From NCBI GenBank assembly GCA_046563655.1, contig CM102285.1, positions 8,184,001 through 8,248,000 of the forward strand: a stretch of DNA of 64,000 nt. Reading direction: 5' to 3'. The stretch comes from Yuukianura sp. NJ FZ-2021 (lineage: Eukaryota). The translations under genes and the position numbers were made by a program. Each line of letters begins with the position of its first letter. Within the stretch, counting starts at the first letter, position 1. The notes beneath the pieces are model-generated. The model was given only the letters and a program-made list of their open reading frames with translations. It searched no databases and was not told the DNA's origin. Below are positions 24,889 to 36,857 of the stretch, one piece after another.

Positions 24889-26300
24889 ATGACAAGGATG
24901 ATAGGATTTATTTCGGTTTGGGTGATGACCTTGATCTGTACAACAACCACAATGGCTACCGTTCCCAGTTACGAGAACGAGGACACCATTCGCTGTCACG
25001 AAGGGATGGAGTACCCTATGAGGAGAAGGAGACAAATTTTGGTTAGTGGAATCAGAAGTGGAAAACTTCAAATTTAACTTGGGACGTCAAAGAAGACATT
25101 CCCAATACGATGGATTTTCAAGATCTGATAGAGAACTTCGAGTTTGCTTTTCAAAAATGGGAAGAAATTTCTAATTTTACGTTTAGTCGTAGAATCAATG
25201 AAACTGTAGACATTTCAATTCAATTTGCAAAAGGCTATCATGGCGACGTCATGGTTTTTGACGGTGTAGGTGGGATCCTAGCATATGCCTATTACCCGAA
25301 TGTTGGGTTAGGCGGAGACATTCATTTTGATGCAGCCGAAAATTGGACTACCACGCCTGGTAGAAAAGGAGTAGATGTATTTTCAGTTATGATTCACGAG
25401 ATAGGGCATGCACTAGGCTTATCACACTCTGAAGTACCAGGATCAGTGATGCATCCGATGTATCATCTCATTGACAAAAATATGTCTATTGGAAAAAAGG
25501 ATAGAAGGGATGATCTTTATAGATTTAGTCGCAATCTATCGCATGGTAGGAGAGACGCATTCCCTACCTTGGATAACTTGATACAAGGTATGTGTAAGGA
25601 GAGTTTGGAACATGGTTTAAAGTGGGGAAATGAGTTCTTCATTTTTAATGACAACTACCATTATCGCATTTCAAAGGGGAAAGTCTCTTTTCCGTATAAA
25701 GTTTTCAATACCAACTATTTTCAACATTACCCTCCGAACATGGGAATTGAGTTAATTTTCCGATTTTATGAGAAAACATTTATCATTGGTGATGATCAAC
25801 TCTGGGAGTTTGGGTTCGCAGCAACATTATCACCCTGGTATCCCAAACCAATGGCAGAACTAGGAATCAATGAAACTAGGGTTATCGGTGTGTTGTCATC
25901 CCCAAAACGACTATATTTACAGTTGGAGAACGGCTGGAAACAGTACTATGTACATCAAAGATTCCTGCAAGAATGGACCTACTCACAAGGTATGCTACCC
26001 CAACTAACTAATCTCAACCAGGCGTTTAACGTAATTGATATCCATCCGGAGGGCTACACCACGTATAATGGTAGCCATATTTTAGACTTTGACACCAATC
26101 TGGTCTTACACTCAGTGAAGCCTTTGATGGACTATTTGGAGTTGCCATGCAATTCCGCTGAGGCTTTGGTAGTGTCGGAACCTATCGGTGGCCTACCATT
26201 AACAGGAATAGCTTTGGCTAGTACCACCGTTGTAGTCATAGCTGTGGTATTAGTTTGCTGGTTTTGCACCTACGGTTATGCTATTTATGCTATTTATTGA
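24889..26300 (+). CDS. Intronless membrane-type matrix metalloproteinase (signal, short pro-region, catalytic domain, hemopexin-like domain, TM), one 1-nt frameshift at ~25050
   Basis: HEIGHALGLSH zinc site, SVMHP Met-turn, HGD..FDG.GG.LA.AY.P and GGDIHFD..E.W; RRRR furin site followed (shifted frame) by KWKTSNLTW; C-terminal hydrophobic helix LASTTVVVIAVVLVCWFC. Confidence 0.92.
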
Positions 26301-26570
26301 TTGATTCATTCGGAAAATAAACTAGTACGCAGATAACAAGTCGGGTGGAGTTTATGTGGTTGGTTTTATTCTAAAGTTAACGTGGAATGAGCGAAGGAGG
26401 TTCAAGTATACCGCGAACGAGAAAACAACAACAAGAACCAGAGTTTGGAGTTCACGATTTGTCCATTGTTTTGAAACAAGCCAGAGGGAAGTCGAAGTCA
26501 CCAAATCAAGGTGATCAACTCCCAGGTTTGTCTACAGGTGTTGCGGTACCGGAGGTAGGTACAAATAGAA

Positions 26571-26951
26571 ATGGAATCCATAGTTTCCCGTCCTTGTGAT
26601 CACGACGACTGGGACGCCTGCGCCTGCCCCCAGGAGGTCATCTGCGAAGACCAGAGGACCGGTGGGAACTGGCGACGTAGGCTAATTCTGGATGCCTACG
26701 CTACATTCGACAGCGTCAGAGCGGCTTGGAACAACTGGAGTGCAACTCCGAGCTACTGGAGACGGGAAGAACAGGATGTTATAGCCCACTTTCTCCACTG
26801 TAGGAGCATGCATCGGCATGCTCAGATGAAGCTACTGGAAATGAGTAAGTGTTCAAGAAACAACTACTCTGAAATTTATTTTAATTTTTGTTTATTTTTA
26901 GTTTTGTTCAACGCGCCCGATGAGGAGTTTGAGCAACACAGACGGCATTGA
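26571..26951 (+). CDS. Small Cys/His-containing hypothetical protein with one probable intron
   Basis: GTAAGT at ~26845 to TTTTAG at ~26901; AATAAA at ~26994. Confidence 0.35.
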   Translation: MESIVSRPCDHDDWDACACPQEVICEDQRTGGNWRRRLILDAYATFDSVRAAWNNWSATPSYWRREEQDVIAHFLHCRSMHRHAQMKLLEMSKCSRNNYSEIYFNFCLFLVLFNAPDEEFEQHRRH

Positions 26952-27012
26952 CCTCTTCCAGTGACCACGCATAAGTTTAGTTTGAAAAAATTCAATAAAA
27001 AAATTGATTATT

Positions 27013-27350
27013 AGTTAGTGGTAACTGTTTACCAGAAGAAAATAGGTCAAGCCCCCTCCCCATACCCCTAGCCCCTGTCCATTCACCCCGGTACATTGTT
27101 AAAGGTTTTACCCCGTGGCAATTGATGAGTGGTGGATTGAAGACAGTACAGTTATTAAAAACAAAAAATAAATTAATAAAGAATAATTTCTTTAAATTAT
27201 TTAAATATTATTTGTAGTTAACATTTAAACTAAATTTAATTTTAAAAGTGTTATACAAAAAAAAATCAAAAAAAATCCGAGATTCGAACTCGCGTCAACC
27301 ACTACCTCTCTTTTTTGTTACTGTCCCTCTACACCGCCAAGCAATTCTGG
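27013..27350 (+). repeat. Polinton-like terminal inverted repeat (copy 1)
   Basis: First 56 nt (AGTTAGTGGTAACTGTTTACCAG...CATACCCC) are the exact reverse complement of 42325-42380; weaker similarity continues (TTCGAACTCGCGTC at ~27283). Confidence 0.8.
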
Positions 27351-27651
27351 CAACACTGATATGTCAATGAAAAAAAGCAACTACTAGTAAGTGGCAGTCC
27401 GCTAATAATTTTATTATAAAAGTAAAAACAAAGTACACGTGTTACTCTGTTGATGGCGCTGGGGATGTATTTTTAGTTGCACGGGGATGAAATTAATCAG
27501 CTGAGTTTGTTTTTTTTTCTTCTAAACCTTCGTGGGTGGAAAAAGTTGTTCTGTTTCTAATTCATCAGCTGAGTTTTTTTCTGTCTAAACTTGACGTGTA
27601 ACCACAAAAAAACTCAAATATCAAACATTTCCGAAAGTACATTGGAAAAAA

Positions 27652-28840
27652 ATGGAGGTAAGTCAATCAAATTTGGAACAAGTTCGCACAAAATGTAATT
27701 TATTTATTTTATTTATTTCAGAACGAATTGGACAACGTCATCGTAGATCCGGACTTTAAGCCAGAAGGGGTTGTCGTCGAAGGGGTATTTTTTTCTACTA
27801 TATTTTGAAAATGTTTCTCAAATTCTAATACAAGTTTAAATTAATTTAGCCACAGTTATACAACCTGCGCACGGCGCCTGTTCCTTCGCAACTAATTGTA
27901 TAATTTCACATTCCCACCCAACGATTTGACAATTGGGGGGAATTAAAGAAACGGAAAGAAACGCTACCACGATTCCACGATATGAACATCACGAACGTGT
28001 TCTGGGTACGACGCGTCGGTGACGGGCCGGCAGCGGAAAATCAGAAACAGCGAAACTACCAATGGCAAGCATATGTTGGCTTTGGCACAGAAGAAAATGA
28101 GTTTGCGCCGTAAGAAACTTTTTAAATCAACAATTACTTTTGTAGTAATCAACTATTTAAAATTATTAAAACAACTTTTTTCTCTGTATAGTTACCATTG
28201 GGTACTTATAACTGAGAAAACGCCGCCCCATGTGAAAGCCATGGTGACGACGGCGCGAAAAAGAATGCAAGGGATGAGGGACGCACAACGCTTTTTTCCG
28301 CCTCCTGTAGGCCAGCACGACTAGACCAGCTCGGTTTCCGGCCCAGGATTGAGGTAAGCTCATTTTTTCATGGAAAGTAACTTTGATTTAATTTTATTTG
28401 CATTAATTTTAGCCTTCAAGACCAGACTACTACATTTGTTACAAATGTCGCTGCACTTTTCCTGGCCTCGGATATTTAAGGAGGCACAACTGCTATCACA
28501 CTGCGGAATTGGCACTCAAACGACGCAACTAGTGCATAGCATCGCAACTCAGACTCCACCATCTGAGGAATGTCTCCCAGGACCTTCACGAGGAGGAATT
28601 CTTCCCGACTTTTCCACACTAAAATGTCAAAAGTGTGAAATGAAATTTTCAAAAAAGGCAAACTTCAAGCGTCACTATTTTACGATGCACCTTACAATGG
28701 GCATCAATAACGAAATGCACTACAAATACGAGTGCCGCTGTAGATACCAAACAAACCGATACGACAACTATATGCGCCACGTTTTAGGATGTAACATTGT
28801 ATTAGGTGTTAGGTGCCGGATTGAACTCGACCTCTTTTAG
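27652..28840 (+). CDS. Subterminal multi-exon gene (region) ending in a C2H2 zinc finger plus CRC motif; possibly degraded
   Basis: First exon ATG GAG|GTAAGT; exon DPDFKPEGVVVE; last exon CQKC..FKRH..H..YECRCRYQT.R.DNY.RHV..C; homologous to 40602-41739 (-). Confidence 0.65.
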
Positions 28841-29078
28841 CCAATTTTTCACTTTTGGTAAATAAATTTTGTTGGTTTAAATTTAATTTTGTGCTATTTT
28901 ATTTTAAAAAATATTGCTTTGGCAACTTTCTGAGTTGCCTTTGAGATGATTCTTAACAAGGTTTGGAACTTTGGGTGGACCACCCAGGACGGGTGGTCTG
29001 TTTGGACGTTGGGCACACCCTCCTAATCTTTTCACTCCAAGCATGTGAGAAAGGCTTTCACGAAGATAGAAAGCATCA

Positions 29079-29212
29079 GATGGGGATTTGTGTGAGGAGC
29101 AGGCGATCATTTTTGCTGCTCACGGCGGCTTATGTAGGAACGAGAGGAAGCTGAGAGATAGGGATTTGTGTGAGGAGCAGCCGAACATTTTTGCTCCTCA
29201 TGGGGCCTTATG
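29079..29212. repeat. Two diverged tandem copies of a ~79-bp unit
   Basis: GGGATTTGTGTGAGGAGCAG..CATTTTTGCT.CTCA.GG..CTTATG at ~29082 and ~29161. Confidence 0.7.
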
Positions 29213-29248
29213 AGAGAAACTTCTCAGTGCCACTACGTAGTGTTGGTG

Positions 29249-29675
29249 GTGGTAACTGTTTACCAGAAAAAAAATAGGTCAAGCCCCCTCCCCATACCCC
29301 CAGCCCTTGTCCGTTCACCCCGCTCAAATGCAATTTACCCCGGGGCCTGTAGTAGAGTGAAAAGAAAGAAGAAGAACTTTTAAAACATTATTCAAACAAA
29401 TTAGTAATTTATTAATAAAGTAAATTTAAATTATTAATTAAATTATTGTTAAATATAATTTATAAACTAAAAAAAACAAATAAAAAAAATGAAAAAAAAA
29501 TATAAAAAAAATCTAATTTCGAACTCGCGTCTTTTTCTTTCTCTCTATTTTCTGAACTGTGTCTCTGCACCACTTCACCATCAAGGCAGTGTTGTAAATC
29601 TCCAAAAAAAAAAAACAAACTCATGAACTTCACACTGAAAGTTGAGTTTACATTTTTGATTGTTGTAAGATTTCT
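29249..29675 (+). repeat. Left TIR (~430 bp) of the central Polinton
   Basis: Highly similar reverse complement of ~41949-42375, including the long AT-rich tract; extreme terminus degraded. Confidence 0.9.
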
Positions 29676-29959
29676 AACGTTTTTTCCTTATATGACGTTC
29701 GGAGTTGACCTTTTGCAGTTGGATAAAAAGTCTGCCAAAAAAGAAAATGTAGTGTTTTAGCGCTTTTCAGCGCTCTTCCAAACTTCCCCATAAGTTAAGT
29801 TTTGTGTCCAGAGTGGCGGTTACTTTTGAGTCACCACCACTCTCTCAAAATCACATAGTTTTGGCACTCAATGTTTGAGTGCCGCCCAGCAAACACTTAT
29901 ATTAGTTTTAAGTATTGGATTAAATAAATAAGTACATTTATTTAAATTGCCGAATACAC

Positions 29960-30728
29960 CACAGAAAAGATTGGCTTCATTCTCATCTGCATGGACTTGT
30001 TTAGCCGCTTTGTTTGGACAGAGTTCTGTGTGAATAAGACAGCACGAGTAGTTTTGGAGGCAATGAAGAAAGTCTTCAAGAAAGCCGGGGTAAATGTCTT
30101 CTTTCCTCTCCCTTCAAGTCAATTTACACTCTATCATTTTTTTTCTCAGCATCTTCCGCATTTTTTGGCTTCCGGTTTTGGAAAAGAATTCAAGAATAAA
30201 ACCCTTTTGAAATATTTGGAAGCCAATGACATTCACAGCAATTCCCCGAGAACTGCGAGAAAAGTTTCACAGGTAGGCTATTGACCCCAAAAACAAAACG
30301 ACGGTTTTTATAAACGTCTACCACACATTGATAAATTCAAAACCAGAAAAGCCAAAATTCAAGGTAACAATTAAACATTCGCTTTGTTTTATTTAAACAG
30401 TCTTTTTTCCACAGGTGAATCAGCTCGTGAGGGTCGCAAAAAAGCTGCTAACTTTTGAAAAAGCTTCAACGTCACAATCGTACTCTACGGAAGTCTTTAG
30501 GTAAAGAAGCATATTTGCCCTGTTTTGGAATGTATGCCAAGCGTTTCTTTTTTTATAGGATTAGAAAGGCAATCAGCGCAGTGCCTCCTTTTTACTATCT
30601 TGAGACGCTGAAAAAGGAGGAGATTAAAGGTAACCATTTTAGACGAAATATGCCTGTTGACAAAGCCACGTCTATTTCTTTTTTTAGGAAGTTTCTTAAA
30701 CGAAGATTTGACCCCAGTGACTGCATAA
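29960..30728 (+). pseudogene. Polinton rve integrase with spliceosomal introns (30090-30149, 30364-30414, 30501-30558, 30630-30687, extra donor 30273); partially deleted
   Basis: FILICMDLFSRFVW..NKT; SGFGKEFKN (TDxGxEF with D replaced by G); spliced C-terminus KPKFK|VNQLVRV..FEK..YSTEVFR|IRK..YYLETL..EEIK|GSFLNEDL..*; phases restore the frame; stop ends 1 nt before the next ATG. Confidence 0.85.
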
Positions 30729-30729
30729 A

Positions 30730-31482
30730 ATGTATCCGTTTTCACGCTTCGTGACTCTAGGTTCTACTTTCTTCCCCTCATTCTTCCCATCTAATAATAC
30801 AAGTTCTTTTCGAAATAAGCTTTTGGACAGTATTCCTTTGCAAAAGAATCTCCCGCTAGAAGATGCAGTTTGTAATTTGTGGTACCCCGCAACGCCAGAC
30901 ACTGGAAAGTATACGATTTTTGCCCATGAACCCGACGACAATGTCGTTTCCTTGGTTCAGCGCTTCGAATCGAGCATGGAAGTGTTTCGAGCCGAAAGTG
31001 AAAGTTAAATTGAAACAATTAACAAATGCAATACGAATTTTGCAATATTCAACAACAAGCTGACATTTCTATTGGACGTAGAAGAAGGAAGGGACTTTTT
31101 AACATTTCGCAACAATGACGCTGGCTACGACGTGAAAATTCCAGAAGTCTATGCGCGTGCTCTCGGATTTACAAAAAATGTGTTTGGCCAGGGTGAAACT
31201 AGCGCGCCGTTGTCTCCAAGCCAAGCAGCGTTGGACGCAATTGACATTTCAGAGCCGCTAAAGTTTACTGTTTTTCGTGAAGTCAGTTCTACTGTAAAGG
31301 TCAATGAACCCAAGGTAAAGACGGTCAAAGGCGTAGTTAGTGAAATCAACGTTGCTTTGAAGCAGATGAAAATTTCATTTTCCTACGACGAAAGCAAGCT
31401 CAGCGTCAACGGTGTCTACGGAAGTGGCTATAGTGTTCGTCTCTCGGAATTTCTTGAAAAAACTTTTGGCCTCAAAACTCCA
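30730..31482 (+). pseudogene. Polinton minor capsid protein, N-terminal part, interrupted by BEL insertion
   Basis: FVTLGS..FFPSNNTSSFRNKL..IPL..EDAVCNLWYP matches the penton N-terminus (fyvTLpS..fp.Nt.s.F...L...i.l..wev.l..i.yP). Confidence 0.75.
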
Positions 31483-31855
31483 TGTTGGTTTATCTACAGC
31501 AACACTTCCTCCCCGATGTTGTGGCTTTATACCACATAGATTTTACAAATAACCAACAAACACAGACTTTTAGGATAGCGTCAACTTTAGCGTAAAAATA
31601 GGCATAGTGTTGACTTTTAGCCTTAGGTTATAGGTAGCGTCCTAACGGTCAAAAAAAGGAACAAGAATCAACACAACTTCAATAGTCTAAGTATAGGATA
31701 CAACATATAGTCATCTTTTTCACTTCAATTCATTAAGTCAGATTTTCAATTTCACTTTCTCACGATTAAGTTTAAATTAGTAAAAAATAAATCAAAATCA
31801 ATTTAAATCATCTTCATCTCCTCTCCCTACTGTTCATTTGCGACAAGTAGCAACA
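31483..31855 (+). repeat. BEL/Pao 5' LTR (373 bp)
   Basis: TGTTG...CAACA termini, AATAAA at ~31786, followed by PBS. Confidence 0.8.
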
Positions 31856-31860
31856 TTTTA

Positions 31861-31878
31861 TGGTGCCGAAAGCCGGGA
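31861..31878 (+). promoter_or_regulatory. Primer-binding site complementary to tRNA-Phe
   Basis: TGGTGCCGAAAGCCGGGA versus canonical TGGTGCCGAAACCCGGGA (17/18). Confidence 0.8.
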
Positions 31879-31995
31879 CCTTGAGCGGATGTCAACGGAA
31901 GACTACATGCAGCATCAACCGACGACAAACGTTTAAGGTCAAATCATCCACTAGCATTACAGTTTGGTTAATTGTTGTTTTCTGAGACTGACAGC

Positions 31996-34370
31996 ATGGC
32001 AGCAGGAACAAAAACAACATTGGCTGATCTTCTGAAGTTACGTCAGAGCCTGGGTCAACAAATTCAGATGCATCACAAGGTCATCGCTATGTACAATGAA
32101 CAAACACCAATTCCAACAATCAGAACAGCAGAACGGGAACTGACCAGAGTCAGGAATGACCTTGACCTACTCCACAACAAGATCATCATCGCCACGACAA
32201 ACGATGAAGATATTGAAGATCATTCAAGAACCTACATAGAGTTTGTCACTTTGATTGGTACCATGAATGAAACGCTGATCACAATACAGCCGGCTTCAAC
32301 TCCATCATCACTACCTGGTCCATCAGTTCTTTCAACTTCTGCACACTCACATCATCACAATGTCCATTCCTACTTTCCAAAGATGTCGTTACCAACTTTC
32401 GACGGAAAGTATGAAGACTGGCTGACATTTCGGGATTTATTCCGCAGCACAGTCATCAACAACACTACATTACCCAACAGTGTCAAGTTCTGGTACCTCC
32501 ACTCCGCCCTCAAGGGTGAAGCTGCTACCGTCATCAAGGGCACTCCCATCACGGATGACAACTTCCAAGGAGCATGGCAGCTGATGGAAGAACGCTATCA
32601 TAACCGCAGAGAGTTGATCTTCACATTAATTGAAAAACTGGTCAACTTCCCAAAACTGAAACAGGAGAATTCCGCTCAGTTGAGGAAACTAATCGAGTGC
32701 TTCAAGGAATCTCTCACACAGTTAGAGACCCTCAACGAACCAACACAACATTGGGATTCAATCATCGTCTATCTTCTCAAGGAAAAGATGGACCCAGACT
32801 GCCGTCGTGACTGGACGAAGCAACTAAAGGGCTCAGAGGTTCCAAATTTCTCCAACACTAAAGAATTTCTGGAAAACTATATCCGGGGACTCAAATCCAC
32901 TGGATCTTCATCGTCCTCCGGATCCTCTAGCCAAAGTAAGGCTCACTCCAGTTTCACGGAAAGCAAGTCCACAGAACAAAAACACAAGTTCACTTGTCCA
33001 CACTGCCAAGGTGAACATGGCTTGTTCAAATGTGATAAGTGGCTACAGTTGTCAGTGAAAGACAGATTTAACTTTGTCAAAAAGAAAAGTCTGTGTACTA
33101 ACTGTCTCAGCTCCAAGCACAGTGTAGGAAAGTGCCAGTCCAAGTACAGATGTCGGACATGTCAAGAGCCACACAACAATTTACTTCATTTTGACACAGC
33201 GAAGGCTCACTCCACGTCGCAACAAAATGATGTGGAGACTTCAACATTGGCAAATCATTGCTCCACGTCCAAAGTACTGTTGAGCACTGCGGTTGTCAAA
33301 CTAATCGACTCAGCCGGCGAATTCCAGGAGTGTCGTATCCTGTTGGATCAGGGGTCAGAGTCTAACTTTATCTCCGACCGCTGTGTGACAAAACTGGGAT
33401 TGGCACGTAAGAAGTCAAATGTAACCATTGTTGGTATTTCAGGTTCAAATGCTGGGAAGGCACTGGGTCAAGTCACATTTGACCTGTGCTCACGCATTTC
33501 CAATTTTAAAATTCATGTAAATGCACTAATTTTGCAAAGAGTCACAGGTTTCTTGCCTTCGTCCAAATCAATTCGCAGAAGTGGACTCATCTCATGGGGA
33601 TACAATTGGCAGATCCCGATTTCACAAATCCGAGAGATGTTGACATAATCCTCGGAGCCGAGTTCACCGCTTCAATCACACTCAGTGGCAAAATCATTGG
33701 TCCACCTCACACTCCAATTGCACAGGAGACAACATTTGGTTGGGTAGTTTCGGGGCCTACGGGTACAACCAGTCATCCCACCGTTCACGTCAACCATGCA
33801 ACTGTTGACATTTTACAAAAATTCTGGGAACTAGAGGAACTGCCCAAGCGACCAAACTACTCAATCGAGGAGCAATTTTGCGAGGACCATTTCATCGCTA
33901 CTCACACACGAAATGAGGAGGGAAGGTATGTCGTAAGGTTGCCATTAAATGAAAACATTTCTAAACTAGGTGACAGCCGCGACATCGCAGTGTGCAGACT
34001 CCAGCAAGTGGAAAAGAGGCTACGACTGAACCCAATTCATCATCCTGAATACATTAAGTTCATGGATGACTACCAAAAATTGGGTCACATGGAGGAAGTA
34101 CAACAAGGTCAACTTCCTTCTGGGTCGAAGGTCGTCTACCTCCCCCACCACTTTGTACTCAAGGAGTCCAGCACCACCACCAAACTCCGAGTCGTTTTCG
34201 ATGGCTCCGCAAAAACATCCAGTGACATTTCGCTCAACCAATGCCTTCAGGTGGGACCGACGGTACAAGATGACATTTTTTCCTTACTCCTTCGGTTTCG
34301 TAAGTACCCAATCGCACTAAAGGGTGATGTAACGAAAATGTACCGACAGTTTTTGGTTCGCCAACATTGA
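31996..34370 (+). pseudogene. BEL/Pao gag-pol (DUF1759-like gag, Cys/His knuckles, aspartic protease, RT start); frameshift ~33570; 3' truncated
   Basis: LPTFDG..W..F..LF; CPHC..H..C, CTNC..H..C, CRTC..HN.LLH; LLDQGSE; FWELE; YLPHH.V.K..TTKLRVVFDGS; GDVTKMYRQF. Confidence 0.93.
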
Positions 34371-34600
34371 CTTGGACATCCATCACAATAATGTGTTGGT
34401 GCTCTGTGATGCTGTTAAACCACAGGAATTCAAATCCAAGGCAGTTCGGCACATGAACATTTTACCTAGGCGAAAATTGAAAAAAGAGGAAGGAGTTAGA
34501 ATTGTACACGAAACCCCACGGCCATTGCTATACTTTCCTGTTGACATGGACCGGAAGGAAATTAATGAAATTGACCTAGGAATTTCATCGAACTGGAAAT
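34365..34600 (+). pseudogene. Minor capsid protein C-terminal part (continuation of the 30730 gene)
   Basis: IDLD..VLVLCDAVKPQEF...PLLYFPV...INEIDL, homologous to 12690-13148. Confidence 0.7.
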
Positions 34601-34838
34601 TAATGAAATAACCTAACCTAACCTAACCCGAATCGATCTCGTTTTTGAAAATATGAAACCAATCCCTCAACCTAACGATTTATATTCTGCCGTCGTACTT
34701 CATTTTCAAAATAAAACTTTGTGAAACCAATATAAATAATCTGCTCTCTTAGTTAGTCGTCATTTGACTTTCGTCGGATCCACAGGCCACATGCTTGAAG
34801 TTGTGTGTGAAGGTGAAAGTTGTAAGCTTTTAAAAAGA

Positions 34839-35171
34839 ATGGACGGAGAAAAGACTCGCCAGGTTGGGTACGGGGCGTTGACCCCTGTAGTTTTACCAAA
34901 TTCAATTCCATTCCAGAGTGTGAAAAAAGTTAAAAAGGGTAAAAAGAACGGTTCTTCAGAAATGACAGGAGAAGGAAGAAAAAATCCAAGGGCCGTAAAA
35001 AGACTGGAGCTGCTAAAAGAAACGGGAAATCACCACAAAAGAAACCCGGAGCGGAGGCATCTGTTTCCAAAAAGGAATCTCCTAAAAAGAAAAAGAGCGG
35101 CTGTGGACCAACGAAACAAGCAAGACCTCCAAAATCGTTTAAATAGAAGAACCATTTACAAGATTCCTTAG
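34839..35171 (+). CDS. Basic small protein, possible Polinton core/DNA-condensing protein
   Basis: QVGYG motif, K/R-rich, located between minor and major capsid genes. Confidence 0.4.
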   Translation: MDGEKTRQVGYGALTPVVLPNSIPFQSVKKVKKGKKNGSSEMTGEGRKNPRAVKRLELLKETGNHHKRNPERRHLFPKRNLLKRKRAAVDQRNKQDLQNRLNRRTIYKIP

Positions 35172-35209
35172 TCTTCACTCCAGCGTTAGTCGGTAGAGTT
35201 AGTCTCAAA

Positions 35210-35440
35210 ATGGCTTCAGTAAACACGCTTCCAGATACAAAGCCCAATTACGTCTCCCAACTCGATCTATTCTCAGTCCCCCCAACAGACATTAGTGTGC
35301 AACAAACAGAGTTCATCAAGATTATTCCAGTGAATACTGTAAAAGAAAATCCTCAAATCACACTCAACATTGGGCAGTTTCAATTCCCACCCAACGTTTA
35401 CTTGGATTTCTCATCTTCATACCTCTACCTAAAATGTTAC
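35210..35440 (+). pseudogene. Polinton major capsid protein, N-terminal ~75 aa only
   Basis: SQLDLFSVPPTDISV...P...YLDFSSSYLYLK matches the Polinton MCP start (seLdLFsvPpTq.si..YiDls.t.Ly.k). Confidence 0.8.
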
Positions 35441-36857
35441 TAATTACACGAGAAAATATTGGCCCTGTGATTCAAGTTACAAAGTTGAAGTCTATTGCCA
35501 ACAATGAGGAGCTGTCCAACTATGACCATACCCTTCCACAAAAAATAATTTTATATGCTGACATTAACTCCTGTTACAGCAAGTGCTTCTTGGGTAATTT
35601 ACCGTGCGGAAACTACAAAAAATTGAGAGCAGAGGAGATCATGAAGTTTGATTTCAACAAACCAGATTTTGACGAAGGCTGGGGTTACCTCTTTGAAGTC
35701 GACCTTGAATATCAAAGTGAAGCAGTAGTGAAAGAGTTCCTTTCAGACTTTCCCTTCCCGCAACAGAGACTCAAGGTTTCCGATCAAGAGCTTTCTCCAT
35801 TCCAGCGGGAGAGTTTGGGAGAAAAAACAAACATGGAACAAGAGCGAGTGCTTCTGACCCTCTACAAAAAAATACGACAAGTCTACTACGGAAAGTACCT
35901 CAAGTTCATGATTGACCATGGCGCAAAGGCAACAAAGTACTATTCAGTAGTTCGATTTCGGGAGTCTCCGATTTTTGCAAATTTTGCAGCTAGCAATGTT
36001 ATAGCTAGAAACCAAGCAAAGTTTCCTCTTCAAAAACAACTTCGGAAGCTTTTAAACAACTCGCTTTATGGGCAGATGCTGAAAAACAATGCAGATTACG
36101 TACGTTCAAAGACCATCAGATCTCGGTGGAAGCGAAAGCAGAACTTGCGAAAGCAACTTTCAAGTCGTTCGAGATTCGGGACGAAGACACTGCGCTTTTT
36201 GACTTTTCAAAAGGAGAAATCACCGATTACAATCTGCGCATGATTGGACTTGCAATACTTTCAAATGCAAGAATTATGCTCCACTCACACTACTATGACT
36301 GACTAAAACGTGAGTTTGGGGACAGGTGCCATCATGTGATGACTCATACTGACAGCATAGTTGCTGAAATCCACTGCAGCAGAGCCGAATACGTAGCTTG
36401 TCTGAAACGACTTTCGAATCGCTTCGACTTTTCTAATATACTGCCGTCATCCGAACTCTATGATTCTTCTCGGGCAGGAATACCTGGATTCTTGAAGATT
36501 CAAGCTGAAGGAATCAACGAATTTTACTCTACTTCCTGTTCCCAATATTCCATGGAAATTGATTCAGCACATTTGCAATCCAACATTCTGAAAGCGGGCG
36601 GAATTCCAAAAACAGAGGCCAAGGATCTGAGGCACGCTGATTTTAAGCGCGTAGTTGAGCATGGAGAGGCTTTGAAGAAAGTAAAAATTTCTACGGTGAA
36701 AATTTTACAAGACCAAATGTTAGTTGTCACAAGTAACCGCTCATCCCTCACCTCCAGCATCAACGCATCAAGATTTTTTGTGTCAAACGCAATTTCCCTT
36801 CCCTTTGGAGACAAGCGTATTGACACCATAGTTGATTATGATTTGAAAAATAATTAG
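35440..36857 (+). pseudogene. Third pPolB (polymerase domain only), frameshifted ~36120
   Basis: IANN..YD; LYADINSCY (motif A); GYLFEVDLEY; RKLLNNSLYGQ (motif B); MTHTDS (motif C); C-terminal SLPFGD. Confidence 0.87.

Noticed and set aside
34609..34629. (CCTAA)n as a telomere or telomere-healing site
   Set aside because: Only 3-4 units; similar TTAGG tracts occur in MITE-like repeats at ~53612 and ~61250
35210..36243. Programmed MCP-PolB fusion or frameshift
   Set aside because: Both genes are truncated at the junction; a deletion is the simpler explanation
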